Virus record (IMG/VR): IMGVR_UViG_3300021376_000037
Location: 1 to 64,000 of that record
Strand: one strand, 5' to 3'
DNA: 64,000 nt
From: a virus
This document shows positions 23,197 to 33,489 of this stretch, in pieces. The translations under genes and the position numbers were made by a program. How positions within the stretch are numbered: the first letter of the stretch is position 1; every line of letters begins with the position of its first letter. The notes under the pieces were generated by a model. That model had not been told where the DNA came from. It saw only the letters and a list, made by a program, of their open reading frames with translations, and searched no databases.

Positions 23197-23499
23197 GTGC
23201 TTCCTATAATAATAATTATAGTGGTTGGATTAATAAATAGTTATGCTTCATTAAAGTCATTTAATGGTGGGAGTTTTTTGTGGCCTTTATTAACTGGACA
23301 ATTATCAGTAATAACATGGACATACATAACAAAACAATCTTTTTCTCCTTGGATGGCTGCTATACTATTTGATGGTTTATATTGTATTAGTTGGTATACT
23401 GGTGCTGTGTTACAGGGACAAAAAGTTAATTTATTTCATATAATAGGTGCGCTTTTCGTAATCTGCGGTATAATTATAACAAGTGTAGGTAGTAAATAG
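23197..23499 (+). CDS. small 4-TM membrane protein (SMR/DMT-like)
   Basis: 100 aa; C-terminal HIIGALFVICGIII resembles 13275 ORF. Confidence 0.65.
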   Translation: MLPIIIIIVVGLINSYASLKSFNGGSFLWPLLTGQLSVITWTYITKQSFSPWMAAILFDGLYCISWYTGAVLQGQKVNLFHIIGALFVICGIIITSVGSK

Positions 23500-23569
23500 G
23501 GCGATTAGTTAAACGGGATAACAACGGCTTTGCAAGCCGTGATTGACAGTTCGATTCTGTCATCGTCCA
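23499..23569 (+). tRNA. tRNA-Ala(TGC)
   Basis: GGGCGAT/ATCGTCC with G3:U70 Ala identity pair; ACGGC-TTTGCAA-GCCGT. Confidence 0.88.
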
Positions 23570-23570
23570 T

Positions 23571-23762
23571 ATGAAAAAAAATAACAATAGCAGCACAGTT
23601 TGGTTAAGAATAATGGTAATAATAAACACACTTGCTGTTGCTAGTTATATTTTTTATGGTGAATGGGAAAAGAAACAACCACGGATGGTAAAACATGTTT
23701 GCCAAACCGTGGCTGCTGATCAAGAAAAAGGTTTGATCGCCCTTACCTGCTTAGAAGATTAA
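23571..23762 (+). CDS. small single-TM protein
   Basis: 63 aa with N-terminal TM. Confidence 0.5.
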   Translation: MKKNNNSSTVWLRIMVIINTLAVASYIFYGEWEKKQPRMVKHVCQTVAADQEKGLIALTCLED

Positions 23763-24577
23763 GCGCTTTCTAGTTGCCACAATCCCTCTGCAAGTGCCAA
23801 TAATGTCTTAGCATTTTCTAAGCTAACACATATTGATATATGTTCATAAGCTATTGTACGTTTGCTTAATAAACCAATTACTTTACCTTTGTAAAAGATA
23901 CCTGAACCGCTATGACCGGGAGCAGAAGGAAGAGTAACTATTTCTTCGTTATTTTCATCTAATCCCATATATCTACCATCAGTTACGATGAAGATGTTTT
24001 TTGGATGATAGCCAAGAGCAGCACCAGATATTAACACACTTGCTCCAACTGGTGGTGTATTGTCAGCTAATTCTGCTGCTTCTCCTGCTATGCAAGCACT
24101 TTTAATAACTGACAAATCTTTTTTTCCATCGCCAGCCATAGGATATGCTGCACATTTTTCACCATCTAATCTTTCAACCATCATTTCTATTGTATCTATT
24201 TTGAAGAAATAAAAACCACTTTCATCAAATTCTAATGTTACCTTTTCTGGATGTGTTACGTGGGCAACACTTAATATCAAACTTTCTTTTTTGTTGTAGT
24301 TATTTCTGACAACCACGCCAGAACCTGTCCAACTTTTGCTTTCGCTTTTTTCTTTTGTTTCTGGTGGAACTGAAGCATTAACACCTAATAAACTAGCTAA
24401 ATTGGTTCTATGACCAGAGATTTTAGTATATATTTTAACGGTGCTGCTCATTGCTTCACGGGCATCATAACCTTCTTCTTTAAACATTCCGCAACGTTTA
24501 AAACAACCGCTCATCATTACTAACATCATTGTTGCTGCTATTAATTTATGTTTAATCCATGTATTATTTCCTTTCAT
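23759..24577 (-). CDS. trypsin-like serine protease, predicted lipoprotein
   Basis: lipobox MSGC; GSGVVV, SVAHV (His), DLSVI (Asp), PGHSGSG (Ser); GGAGG SD. Confidence 0.85.
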   Translation of the reverse strand: MKGNNTWIKHKLIAATMMLVMMSGCFKRCGMFKEEGYDAREAMSSTVKIYTKISGHRTNLASLLGVNASVPPETKEKSESKSWTGSGVVVRNNYNKKESLILSVAHVTHPEKVTLEFDESGFYFFKIDTIEMMVERLDGEKCAAYPMAGDGKKDLSVIKSACIAGEAAELADNTPPVGASVLISGAALGYHPKNIFIVTDGRYMGLDENNEEIVTLPSAPGHSGSGIFYKGKVIGLLSKRTIAYEHISICVSLENAKTLLALAEGLWQLESA

Positions 24578-24726
24578 AACGCATTCTCCTCCCTATGAAG
24601 TAGGGTGTGGTATATTATTAACTAGTGACCAAAAAAATCTTCGGCATTTTGCTACTTTTTGACTATTTACTTCTTAACCTTTTTTCTTTACATAAGCACA
24701 CAGACATGAGACACTGTTTATGTATT

Positions 24727-24813
24727 GGAGAGTTGGCCGAGTGGTCGAAGGCACCTCACTGCTAACGAGGCATACTTTAAAAGGTATCGAAAGTTCGAAT
24801 CTTTCACTCTCCG
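24727..24813 (+). tRNA. tRNA-Ser(GCT)
   Basis: GGAGAGT/ACTCTCC; CCTCA-CTGCTAA-CGAGG; long variable arm; G discriminator. Confidence 0.92.
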
Positions 24814-24850
24814 CTGCTTTTTTGATTACTAGTTATTTTAGGAGGAATAT

Positions 24851-25069
24851 ATGGATATAAAAGGATTGGGAACTCTTAAAGTATTAGAAGTAGTAGATAA
24901 TCCAGATGGTACTGCAACTATTCATTTTGATGTTAGTGAAGATTTTCAAGCCAATCTTGTTAGAGAAATGGGTTGGAGTGAATGGTCACAAGAAAAGTTT
25001 GAAAAGCTTGTTTTAGAGGCATTAGAAAGAGCAGTAGCTACAAAATTAGTTGACCGTATAGAGGATTAA
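24851..25069 (+). CDS. hypothetical protein
   Basis: GGAGG SD; NPDGTATIHFD. Confidence 0.7.
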   Translation: MDIKGLGTLKVLEVVDNPDGTATIHFDVSEDFQANLVREMGWSEWSQEKFEKLVLEALERAVATKLVDRIED

Positions 25070-25073
25070 ATAA

Positions 25074-25274
25074 TTGATTTTACAATTAAATCCAATGCTT
25101 CCTATTTACAGCTGTAAACATAATATGGAAGGTTATGCTTTTATAGTCATAGATTATTCTCAGGAACATGATTTATATTTTGTTGTTGCTTTAAAAAATG
25201 GAGAAATTTGGACTTTAAACAATAAAGATGTTAAATTTCAAAATAATATTACTTTAGATAGAATAAAAAAATAG
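25074..25274 (+). CDS. conserved phage hypothetical protein
   Basis: LQLNP...IDYSQEHDL...GEIW...NITL motif. Confidence 0.7.
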   Translation: MILQLNPMLPIYSCKHNMEGYAFIVIDYSQEHDLYFVVALKNGEIWTLNNKDVKFQNNITLDRIKK

Positions 25275-25303
25275 TTGACTCATAATAGTTTTACTAGTAT
25301 AGT
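25275..25303 (+). promoter_or_regulatory. sigma70-type promoter
   Basis: TTGACT-N17-TATAGT, 9 nt before ATG. Confidence 0.7.
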
Positions 25304-25312
25304 GTTTTTACT

Positions 25313-25894
25313 ATGCAAATCACCACTATAAACAATAACTCTAATGATAATCGTAACATCGTTGATCGGTATAAGCATGATCGTTTGGTTAAATGGACTA
25401 CGGAAATGATAAAGACTGATCTTCAACAAAAGTCTTTTCCATTTGCAGTTATGATGGAAAACTTTGTTGGAGATTTTAATCTTTCTTCTGTTCTACGTTC
25501 TTGTAATGCCATGAATGGTCGTGAAATGTTCTATTTGGGTCGTAAACAATATGACCGTCGTGGAACTGTTGGAACACATCACTACACTGATTTGATTAAC
25601 GTAAAGACCCGTGAGGAGCTTTTAAAGCTAAAGGAACGATATACTTTCGTTGCACTTGAAAATAGCGTACCGCAAGCAGAATCTATTTATGATTTTATGT
25701 GGCCCGAAAATCCACTTATTATTATTGGTGAAGAGGGAGTAGGGATTACACCAGAAACTCTTGAACTCTGTGACCGTTATGTATTCATTAATCAATACGG
25801 CTCAGTGCGCTCAATGAATGCAGCAGTAGCGGGAAGTATTGCAATGAATGACTTTGTAATGAAATATGTAAAAAATAAAGACAAGATGCGCTAG
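25313..25894 (+). CDS. SpoU/TrmH-family RNA 2'-O-methyltransferase
   Basis: NLSSVLRSCNA, IIGEEGVGI, GSVRSMNAAVAGSIAM SPOUT motifs. Confidence 0.9.
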   Translation: MQITTINNNSNDNRNIVDRYKHDRLVKWTTEMIKTDLQQKSFPFAVMMENFVGDFNLSSVLRSCNAMNGREMFYLGRKQYDRRGTVGTHHYTDLINVKTREELLKLKERYTFVALENSVPQAESIYDFMWPENPLIIIGEEGVGITPETLELCDRYVFINQYGSVRSMNAAVAGSIAMNDFVMKYVKNKDKMR

Positions 25895-25939
25895 AATACT
25901 ATTTATATCGTGCCGATTTATTGCACGAAGGAATACATA

Positions 25940-27253
25940 ATGTCAAAAAAATACTATGTTCTAGATACAAACGTGTATCTAAGTGACTGTGACGCAATCT
26001 TTGCTTATAAGAATCATAACGTAGCAATCCCTTTAAAAGTATTAGAAGAAGTAGATAAGCACAAGAAACGTCAAGATGGTGTTGGAGCTAACGCAAGACA
26101 ATTTATAAGAACCCTAGATGCCCTTAGAGAAAAAGGAAGTTTAGATGACGGGGCAAAGCTAGGTAAGGGCAAAGGAATTGCCTCAGTTATTCCTTGCGAT
26201 TTGTCACTACTTCCTACTGGATTTGAAAAAGATAATGCCGACAACCAAATTATTGCTGCTGCCCTAACTCTTATTCGTGAAATAGGAGATAATAAAAATG
26301 TATTCTTAGTGTCTCAAGATATCAACATGAGAGTCAAGTGTGACTCCCTTGGTATCAATACAGAAGATTATATTCCTAATCAAATAGTAGAACGTGCAGA
26401 AGAAGTATTTACAGGATTTACACAATATCTTGTTGATGATGCTTTAATTGATCGTTTCTATGCTGGCGAAAAGATCATGTTTGAAGAAAAAGATATTAAG
26501 TTATGTCCAAATCAATTTGTAATGCTTGTATCCAATGCAAATGATAAAAAGACAGCACTAGCTCGTTTCCGTGCTTATAATAAGCCAATTACAAAAGTTC
26601 GGGAATATAAAGACGGTGTTTGGGGTATCTATGCAAAGAATAAAGAACAACAATTTGCATTAGAATTACTTATGGACCCGGAAGTTAAAATTGTTTCTAT
26701 TATTGGTCGTGCTGGTGGTGGTAAAACACTCAATGCATTGGCGGCTGGCTTACAACAAATTCTAGATGACAAGGTTTATAAAAAGCTTATTGTATCCCGC
26801 CCCGTCCAGCCAATGGGTAAAGATATCGGTTATTTGCCGGGAACATTAGAAGAAAAAATGTCTCCTTGGCTAGCGCCTGTACAAGACAATTTAGAGTTTC
26901 TTATGGGTGATGATAAAGCACATTTACAAATGTTAATGGAAGCTGGAACAATTGAAATGGAAGCTTTAACATATATCCGTGGTCGTTCTATTGCTAATGC
27001 TTTTATCATCATCGATGAATCGCAAAATTTAACTTCTCACGAATTAAAGACTATAATTACTCGGGTAGGCGAAGGAACAAAAATAGTATTAACCGGAGAT
27101 ATTGAACAAATAGATAATGCATATGTAGATGCTACAACAAACGGTCTTACTTATGCTGTAGAAAAGTTAAAAGATTACGAAATTTCTGGTCACATTACAT
27201 TAAAGAAAGGTGAGCGTTCCGCTGTAGCTACTCTAGCCGCTCAAGTATTATAA
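25940..27253 (+). CDS. phoH: PIN-PhoH protein (PhoH2/YlaK-like)
   Basis: VLDTNV PIN domain; GRAGGGKT Walker A; IRGRS, IIDESQN, TRVG. Confidence 0.93.
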   Translation: MSKKYYVLDTNVYLSDCDAIFAYKNHNVAIPLKVLEEVDKHKKRQDGVGANARQFIRTLDALREKGSLDDGAKLGKGKGIASVIPCDLSLLPTGFEKDNADNQIIAAALTLIREIGDNKNVFLVSQDINMRVKCDSLGINTEDYIPNQIVERAEEVFTGFTQYLVDDALIDRFYAGEKIMFEEKDIKLCPNQFVMLVSNANDKKTALARFRAYNKPITKVREYKDGVWGIYAKNKEQQFALELLMDPEVKIVSIIGRAGGGKTLNALAAGLQQILDDKVYKKLIVSRPVQPMGKDIGYLPGTLEEKMSPWLAPVQDNLEFLMGDDKAHLQMLMEAGTIEMEALTYIRGRSIANAFIIIDESQNLTSHELKTIITRVGEGTKIVLTGDIEQIDNAYVDATTNGLTYAVEKLKDYEISGHITLKKGERSAVATLAAQVL

Positions 27254-27525
27254 TGGAAATATTTAATCAAGATTTATTGAAGATTGTTGAAAAAGAAAAT
27301 CCAATGAAAGAATGGCTTGTAGATTATGTAGGAAACAAAAGCAAACCAGAAAATGGCGAAGTAACTGTTGAGATGATAGTTACTGAGATGATGAAAGAGT
27401 TTCCAGAATTTCTAATGGTTATTGCAGAGGAGAACTTTATTCGTGGATATCAGCAAGCTTTTGCTGATTTAGAAAATAGTGAACAAATTACACAAACAGC
27501 ACCAGAAGAACAAAAAAATGAGTAG
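27253..27525 (+). CDS. conserved hypothetical protein
   Basis: 90 aa; EFPEFLMVIAEENFIRGYQQA. Confidence 0.7.
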   Translation: MEIFNQDLLKIVEKENPMKEWLVDYVGNKSKPENGEVTVEMIVTEMMKEFPEFLMVIAEENFIRGYQQAFADLENSEQITQTAPEEQKNE

Positions 27526-28204
27526 TGAATCATATATTAGAGAATCTTCCAAAAAAGCTAAAAAAGCATTAAAAGAGTATACTCTATTTGATGAAATAAT
27601 GGTAGTAATAAAAGATGCTGTAGGAGAAGACATAAATCTTGATTTTATATTTAAAACAGTTAATAAAAGAATTCCACAGCATTTAGCAAGAGAAATAGAT
27701 ATTGTATATATTGGGCAATTTCCTCAATTAAAAGCAAGAAATGTTGAATCTGCGTATTTAAATGGTGCTATATTTTTATCTAATTTAATAGTTGACGATG
27801 ATACATTTATTAAAAGTATAATACATGAACTGGCTCATAACGTAGAAAAAATATATGGTCGTGAAGTATATGGAGATCAAAGAATTATAGATGAATTTAT
27901 AGAAAAACGTAAAAGACTAAGAGACACATTAGAAAACAAAGATTTATTTTGTGATCCTCGTTTATATATCCAGTTTGACTATAATAAAATATTTGATGAC
28001 TTTTTATACAAGACAGTAGGTTATGACAGATTAGCTATATTAACTACTAATTTATTTGTTTCACCGTATGCTGCTACAAGCTTAAGAGAATATTTTGCTA
28101 ATGGTTTTGAGCATTATTTTGTCGATGAAAATCCAAAATTCTTAAAATCTCTATCTCCACAATTATACCTAAAGATTAATTCTTTGACAAGAATGCAAGA
28201 TTAG
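27518..28204 (+). CDS. putative zincin metallopeptidase
   Basis: IIHELAH and REYFANGFE. Confidence 0.7.
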   Translation: MSSESYIRESSKKAKKALKEYTLFDEIMVVIKDAVGEDINLDFIFKTVNKRIPQHLAREIDIVYIGQFPQLKARNVESAYLNGAIFLSNLIVDDDTFIKSIIHELAHNVEKIYGREVYGDQRIIDEFIEKRKRLRDTLENKDLFCDPRLYIQFDYNKIFDDFLYKTVGYDRLAILTTNLFVSPYAATSLREYFANGFEHYFVDENPKFLKSLSPQLYLKINSLTRMQD

Positions 28205-28212
28205 TGTATACT
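28184..28212 (+). promoter_or_regulatory. sigma70-type promoter
   Basis: TTGACA-N17-TATACT. Confidence 0.8.
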
Positions 28213-28234
28213 CATATTAGAAAGTGAGTATATA

Positions 28235-29005
28235 ATGTCTAAACATATTTCTTATTCGTCTTTAAAGACTTGGAATGAGTGTCCGTTTAAGTATAAGCTT
28301 GTTTACGTAGATGGATTAGGAAAGTACACTGGCAGTGAATATACTGCTTTCGGCACTGCTTTGCATGAAGCGTGCGAAAAGAAACTGCTGAATAACAGCG
28401 AGGATGAAGTAAAGATCTTTACTGAATCTTTTGAAGATGAAATTAAGAAACTTACTTCTCAAAAAACTCCTGACGAAAAATTAATCACTGAAATGCGTGA
28501 ACAGGGAAAAACGCTAGCTAAACTAGTTCTTCCTGCCGTCTTAAAGCAATTTGGTAATTTTACTGTGCTTGCTGCTGAAGAAGATATTTATCTAAAAATT
28601 GCTGATTTTGCTGATTGGAACTTTAAAGGTTTTATTGATCTTATAATTAAAACTGAAGATGGTAAAATTCACATTCTTGATTGGAAAAGTTGTGCATGGG
28701 GTTGGGATGCTAAGAAAAAAAGTGATGCAATTACTACTTATCAATTAACGTTATATAAGCATTTTTATTGCTTAAAGCACAACATAGAAACATCTATGGT
28801 TGAAACACATTTTGCTCTGCTTAAACGAACTGCTAAGGAAGATAATGTAGAAATATTTCGCGTTACAAGTGGCGATAAAAAAACAGAAAATGCTCTTAAT
28901 TTAATGAAAAAAGCATTGTATAGTATTGATAAAAGTTTTTTTCCAAAAAATCGCTTGAGTTGTAAAAATTGCGAGTTTAATAATACTAAGGAATGTCCTA
29001 AATGA
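28235..29005 (+). CDS. PD-(D/E)XK nuclease (RecB/Cas4-like exonuclease)
   Basis: SYSS...CP; GTALH; GFIDL; ILDWKS; QLTLY; C-terminal CKNC...C. Confidence 0.88.
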   Translation: MSKHISYSSLKTWNECPFKYKLVYVDGLGKYTGSEYTAFGTALHEACEKKLLNNSEDEVKIFTESFEDEIKKLTSQKTPDEKLITEMREQGKTLAKLVLPAVLKQFGNFTVLAAEEDIYLKIADFADWNFKGFIDLIIKTEDGKIHILDWKSCAWGWDAKKKSDAITTYQLTLYKHFYCLKHNIETSMVETHFALLKRTAKEDNVEIFRVTSGDKKTENALNLMKKALYSIDKSFFPKNRLSCKNCEFNNTKECPK

Positions 29006-29982
29006 AAACTGCTGTTGTAACTGGAATAACCGGACAGGATGGTAGTTATCTTGCGGAGTTGTTATTAGAAAAAAATTATAAAGTTATTGGTTTAGTTCGT
29101 AGAAGTTCTATGGAAGATAAAAAACTGTATAACATACAGCATATATTAAATAATCCTAATTTAACTTTAGAAAATGGTGATTTAACAGATGCCCCTTCGT
29201 TGTGGAGAATAATAGGAACTTATCAGCCTCATGAATTTTATAATCTCGCTGCACAAAGTCATGTTGGCGCGTCCTTCACATCACCTGAAAGTACATTTCA
29301 AATAAATGCTACGGGCGTTGTAAACTGTTTAGAGGCAATTAGAACGCTATGCCCTACTACTCGCTTTTATCAAGCGTCTACAAGTGAAATGTTTGGCGAT
29401 AATGTGGCTGCTCCTCAAAACGAGCAATCGTTTTTATCTCCTGTCTCACCATATGCCTGCGCTAAAGTCGCTGCTCATAATATAGTTATTAACTACCGTA
29501 AGGCATATAACCTTTTTGCCTGCTCTGGTATTTTGTTCAATCACGAATCTCCTAGACGTGGTGAACAATTTGTTACTAGAAAGATTACTAAAGCCGCCGC
29601 CCGTATTAAACTTGGATTACAAAAGGAATTACGTCTTGGTAATCTTGATGCACAAAGAGATTGGGGTTACGCAAAAGAATATGTAGAAGGTATGTGGTTA
29701 ATGATGCAGCACAGCATACCTGACGATTATGTTTTAGGTACTGGTAAAACTAGAACAATATTACATTTTATTAATTGCGTATCAGAAATTGCTGGTTATA
29801 ATTTAATGCAACATGTAATTGTTGATGATAAGTATAAGCGACCAAGCGAAGTTCCTTTACTATTAGCGGATGCATCAAAAGCTAAAAGAGTTTTAGGTTG
29901 GGAGCCAAAAACAAATCTAAAGCAATTAGCTGAATTGATGTATAATTCGGATTTAGAAAAGGAAAAAGAAAATGTCAAATAA
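29002..29982 (+). CDS. gmd: GDP-mannose 4,6-dehydratase
   Basis: GITGQDGSYLAE, NLAAQSHV, QASTSE, SPYACAK, FNHESPRRG. Confidence 0.95.
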   Translation: MKTAVVTGITGQDGSYLAELLLEKNYKVIGLVRRSSMEDKKLYNIQHILNNPNLTLENGDLTDAPSLWRIIGTYQPHEFYNLAAQSHVGASFTSPESTFQINATGVVNCLEAIRTLCPTTRFYQASTSEMFGDNVAAPQNEQSFLSPVSPYACAKVAAHNIVINYRKAYNLFACSGILFNHESPRRGEQFVTRKITKAAARIKLGLQKELRLGNLDAQRDWGYAKEYVEGMWLMMQHSIPDDYVLGTGKTRTILHFINCVSEIAGYNLMQHVIVDDKYKRPSEVPLLLADASKAKRVLGWEPKTNLKQLAELMYNSDLEKEKENVK

Positions 29983-31213
29983 GAAAATTAAAATCCTAAC
30001 CATGAGTGATGATCCAAGATCTCCTAGTGGCGTTGGTACACAAACAAGCTATATATTGCACAGCTTAATGAAAACTGGTAAATATAAGATTATCTCTCTT
30101 GGCGGTGCTATTAAACATTCTGATTATCGACACGCTAAATTTGAAGAATATGGTGATGATTTTGTCATTATTCCTGTAGATGGGTATGGAATCCCAGATC
30201 TTATTAGAGGTATATTAGCAAAAGAAAAACCAGATATTATCTGGATGATGACTGATCCAAGATTTTATACTTGGTTTTGGAATATGGAGCAAGAAGTCAG
30301 AGCTAATGTTCCTATAGTATACTATCATGTATGGGATAACTATCCGTACCCTAAATTTAATCGTCCATATTATTTATCAAACGATAAAATTGTTACGATT
30401 TCAAAACTTACTAGCGATATTGTAAAAACTGTTGCTCCAGAAGTAGAAGAACAGTATGTCCCCCATGCAGTAAACCCTGATATATTCAAGATTTTAGATG
30501 AAAAAGAATATGCACAGTTTAGGATGAAAAACAAAACGCTTTTCTTTTGGACTAACAGAAACGCTAGAAGAAAGCTAAGTGGAACACTTATTTACTGGTA
30601 TAAAAAGTTCTTGGACGTTGTAGGACACGATAAGGCATTTTTATTGATGCATACGGACCCTAATGATCCAAACGGTCAACCATTACATGTATTAGCAGAA
30701 GAAAATGGCTTAACTAGAGATAATTTTGCTATTTCTGTTAATAAAATACATCCACAAGAAATGGCTAAGTTTTACAACGCTGCCGATTGCACTATAAATA
30801 TTAGCGATGCGGAAGGTTTTGGTCTTTCTTGTTTAGAAAGTTTGTCTTGCGGAACACCAGTAATTGGTAATAAAACTGGCGGTATTCAAGACCAGCTAAC
30901 AGATGGAAAAGAACAATTTGGTGTATTAGTAGAACCTGCTAGCAGAATCATAGTAGGTAGCCAAGATGTACCTTGGATTTATGAAGATCGTGTAAGTGAA
31001 CAAGGTATAGTAGATGCTATGGTCAAAATTCATAACATGACTAGAGAACAAAGAAAAGAACTGGGTTTGAAAGGTAAACAGCATGTAGAAAATTGTTTTA
31101 ATTTTAACAATTTTTGTCAATCATGGGATAAAATCATGACTGATATTCATGACAAACATGGTTCTTGGGAAACTAGAAAAAATCATACATCTTGGAGCGT
31201 AAAGGAATACTAG
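29972..31213 (+). CDS. glycosyltransferase GT4 family
   Basis: YNAADC...EGFGLSCLESLSCGTPVI. Confidence 0.88.
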   Translation: MSNKKIKILTMSDDPRSPSGVGTQTSYILHSLMKTGKYKIISLGGAIKHSDYRHAKFEEYGDDFVIIPVDGYGIPDLIRGILAKEKPDIIWMMTDPRFYTWFWNMEQEVRANVPIVYYHVWDNYPYPKFNRPYYLSNDKIVTISKLTSDIVKTVAPEVEEQYVPHAVNPDIFKILDEKEYAQFRMKNKTLFFWTNRNARRKLSGTLIYWYKKFLDVVGHDKAFLLMHTDPNDPNGQPLHVLAEENGLTRDNFAISVNKIHPQEMAKFYNAADCTINISDAEGFGLSCLESLSCGTPVIGNKTGGIQDQLTDGKEQFGVLVEPASRIIVGSQDVPWIYEDRVSEQGIVDAMVKIHNMTREQRKELGLKGKQHVENCFNFNNFCQSWDKIMTDIHDKHGSWETRKNHTSWSVKEY

Positions 31214-31214
31214 A

Positions 31215-32432
31215 ATGAAAAAAATATTAATAAGTGGTCCTGTATTATCTAGAAGCGGTTATGGAGAAATGGCTAGATTTGCATTACGATCTTTAAAAGA
31301 TAGACAAGATGTTGATCTTTATATTTTACCCACTAATTGGGGCAATACTGGGTGGCTTCATGAACTTAATGAAGAAAGAAAATACATAGATAATATTGTT
31401 TCTAAAACTCAAGTTTTATTGCAGCAAACAAATAATCAACCTCAATTTGACGTTTCTATTCAAGTAACTATCCCTAATGAATGGAAGAAACTAGCTGCCG
31501 TTAATATTGGATACACCGCTGGAATAGAAACTAATTTAATATCTCCTGCTTGGTTGCAGAATTCACAATTAATGGATAAAATCATCGTTATTAGTGAACA
31601 CGCTAAGTCTGGTTTTGTAAATACCATTTTTGGTAATCCTCAAGGACAACAATTCAAAGTATCAACGCCTGTCGAAGTTGTACATTTACCATTCAGAGAT
31701 TTACAAAAGGTAGATTTAGATTTAAAACTAAAGTATGATTTTAACTTTTTAGCTGTTTGCCAATGGGGTCCAAGAAAGAATTTAGAACAAACAATTGTTG
31801 GATTTTTAGAAGAATTTAAAAATGAAGAAGTTGGTTTGGTGTTAAAAACAAATACAGCTAATGACTCTATAATCGACAAGTTTCATACAGATAAACGTTT
31901 AAGTGCCATATTAGCTAACTATAAAGATCGTAAATGTTCTATAACCTTGCTGCATGGTCATTTAAGCGATGAACAAATGGCATCATTGTATACCCATCCA
32001 AAAATTAAAGCAATCGTTTCTACAACTCATGGAGAAGGTTTTGGCTTACCATTGTTAGAAGCAGCCGCAAACGCTTTGCCGGTTATTGCAACTGATTGGA
32101 GTGGTCATACAGATTTTTTATATGTTAATGATAATGATTCTAAAAAGCGTATGTTTGGTAAAGTGGATTACGAATTAAAACCAATTAGCAAAGAACATGT
32201 GTGGAAAGGTGTTTTAGAAGAAGGAACAAGCTGGGCTTATCCTATAATGTCTAGTTATAAAAATAAATTAAGAGATTGTTTTAAAGACTACGGTAGATAC
32301 AAGTCTCAAGCTAAAAAACTTGCTCCTTGGATTAAACAAACATTTGAACAAGTAAAATTACATGAAAAGTTCTCTTCTTCTGTTTTTCAACTATCTGGAA
32401 TAGTACAACAACAGTTAATATCCTTAGAATAA
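31215..32432 (+). CDS. glycosyltransferase GT4 family
   Basis: SGYG; GEGFGLPLLEAAANALPVI. Confidence 0.88.
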   Translation: MKKILISGPVLSRSGYGEMARFALRSLKDRQDVDLYILPTNWGNTGWLHELNEERKYIDNIVSKTQVLLQQTNNQPQFDVSIQVTIPNEWKKLAAVNIGYTAGIETNLISPAWLQNSQLMDKIIVISEHAKSGFVNTIFGNPQGQQFKVSTPVEVVHLPFRDLQKVDLDLKLKYDFNFLAVCQWGPRKNLEQTIVGFLEEFKNEEVGLVLKTNTANDSIIDKFHTDKRLSAILANYKDRKCSITLLHGHLSDEQMASLYTHPKIKAIVSTTHGEGFGLPLLEAAANALPVIATDWSGHTDFLYVNDNDSKKRMFGKVDYELKPISKEHVWKGVLEEGTSWAYPIMSSYKNKLRDCFKDYGRYKSQAKKLAPWIKQTFEQVKLHEKFSSSVFQLSGIVQQQLISLE

Positions 32433-32433
32433 T

Positions 32434-33489
32434 ATGAAAAAAATATGCTTTGTGGTTCCAAGATATCATCCTATAGTTGGTGGAACAGAAAAATTATGTG
32501 AAGAAGTTTTATCTTCTTTAGCAGACGATTATAATGTTTCTGTTATAACAACACCAAGCTTGCAAAGAGATAAAACTTTATATAAATATAAAATTTTCGA
32601 TTGTTCTTTTGAGCAGTTTCCTTTAATGAAAGAGCATTTTGAAATTTTTAATTATGATTTAGTGCTATTTTTTGCCGATTTGCATACTCCTTATTTATCT
32701 CTATACGACACAACATGGGGTAAAAAAAATGTCTGTGTTTTAAATTTAGATGAAAGAACTTATAGCTGGAAAGATAACTTTCGTAATGCTACTGAAAATT
32801 TAAAAAAATTTGACATGGTGGTTACTTTTACAAAAAATGGAATAGCAAATAAATATTTACAAGAAAATAATATAAAAAATGTATATATTCCAAATTTTTC
32901 TAGAGATGTATTAGAAACAGTATTAGAACAAGATTTTATTTCTAAAGTAGGATTAGAAAAAAATAAAAAAACAATTCTTTATAATGCCGCTTATGAAGAA
33001 AGAAAAAATCAATTAAAAATTATTGAATATATAAAATCTTCTAAAAATTTACAACAATACAACTGGTTATTTATTGGCTCGGTTGCAAATGAAGAATATC
33101 TAAGAAAGTGCATATTATTTTCTTCTGATATAAAAAATATTAAATTTATAAAGGCAACTGCGAATACCAAAATTGTAGATCAAATTTATCAACAATGTGA
33201 TTGCTTATTGTTAGCCTCAATAGCCGAAGGAATGCCATTAGTATTATTAGAAGCAATGTCAGCTAATAAACCAATTATTAGCACGCCTGTAGGTGGTATT
33301 GAAGGAGTATTAAAAAACGAATGCGATATACAGATATTACCAAATATTGAGTTTTCGGTTTCTGATTTAGAAAATTGTATTTTAAAACAATTAAATAACA
33401 AATTTAATTTTAGAGAAGTTTGGAGTAGAATGTTTAACAAAAAAGATATTTGTAATAAATATAAGGAATTATTTAAGGATCTAATATGA
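32434..33489 (+). CDS. glycosyltransferase GT4 family
   Basis: GGTE; EGMPLVLLEAMSANKPII. Confidence 0.88.
   Translation: MKKICFVVPRYHPIVGGTEKLCEEVLSSLADDYNVSVITTPSLQRDKTLYKYKIFDCSFEQFPLMKEHFEIFNYDLVLFFADLHTPYLSLYDTTWGKKNVCVLNLDERTYSWKDNFRNATENLKKFDMVVTFTKNGIANKYLQENNIKNVYIPNFSRDVLETVLEQDFISKVGLEKNKKTILYNAAYEERKNQLKIIEYIKSSKNLQQYNWLFIGSVANEEYLRKCILFSSDIKNIKFIKATANTKIVDQIYQQCDCLLLASIAEGMPLVLLEAMSANKPIISTPVGGIEGVLKNECDIQILPNIEFSVSDLENCILKQLNNKFNFREVWSRMFNKKDICNKYKELFKDLI

Noticed and set aside
24689-24724. Hairpin TACATAAGCA/TGTTTATGTA before tRNA-Ser as a separate ncRNA
   Set aside because: single AT-rich stem, adequately explained as a tRNA leader or processing structure
28235-29005. Cas4 as evidence of a CRISPR system
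   Set aside because: stand-alone PD-(D/E)XK exonucleases are common in phages; no array or other cas genes
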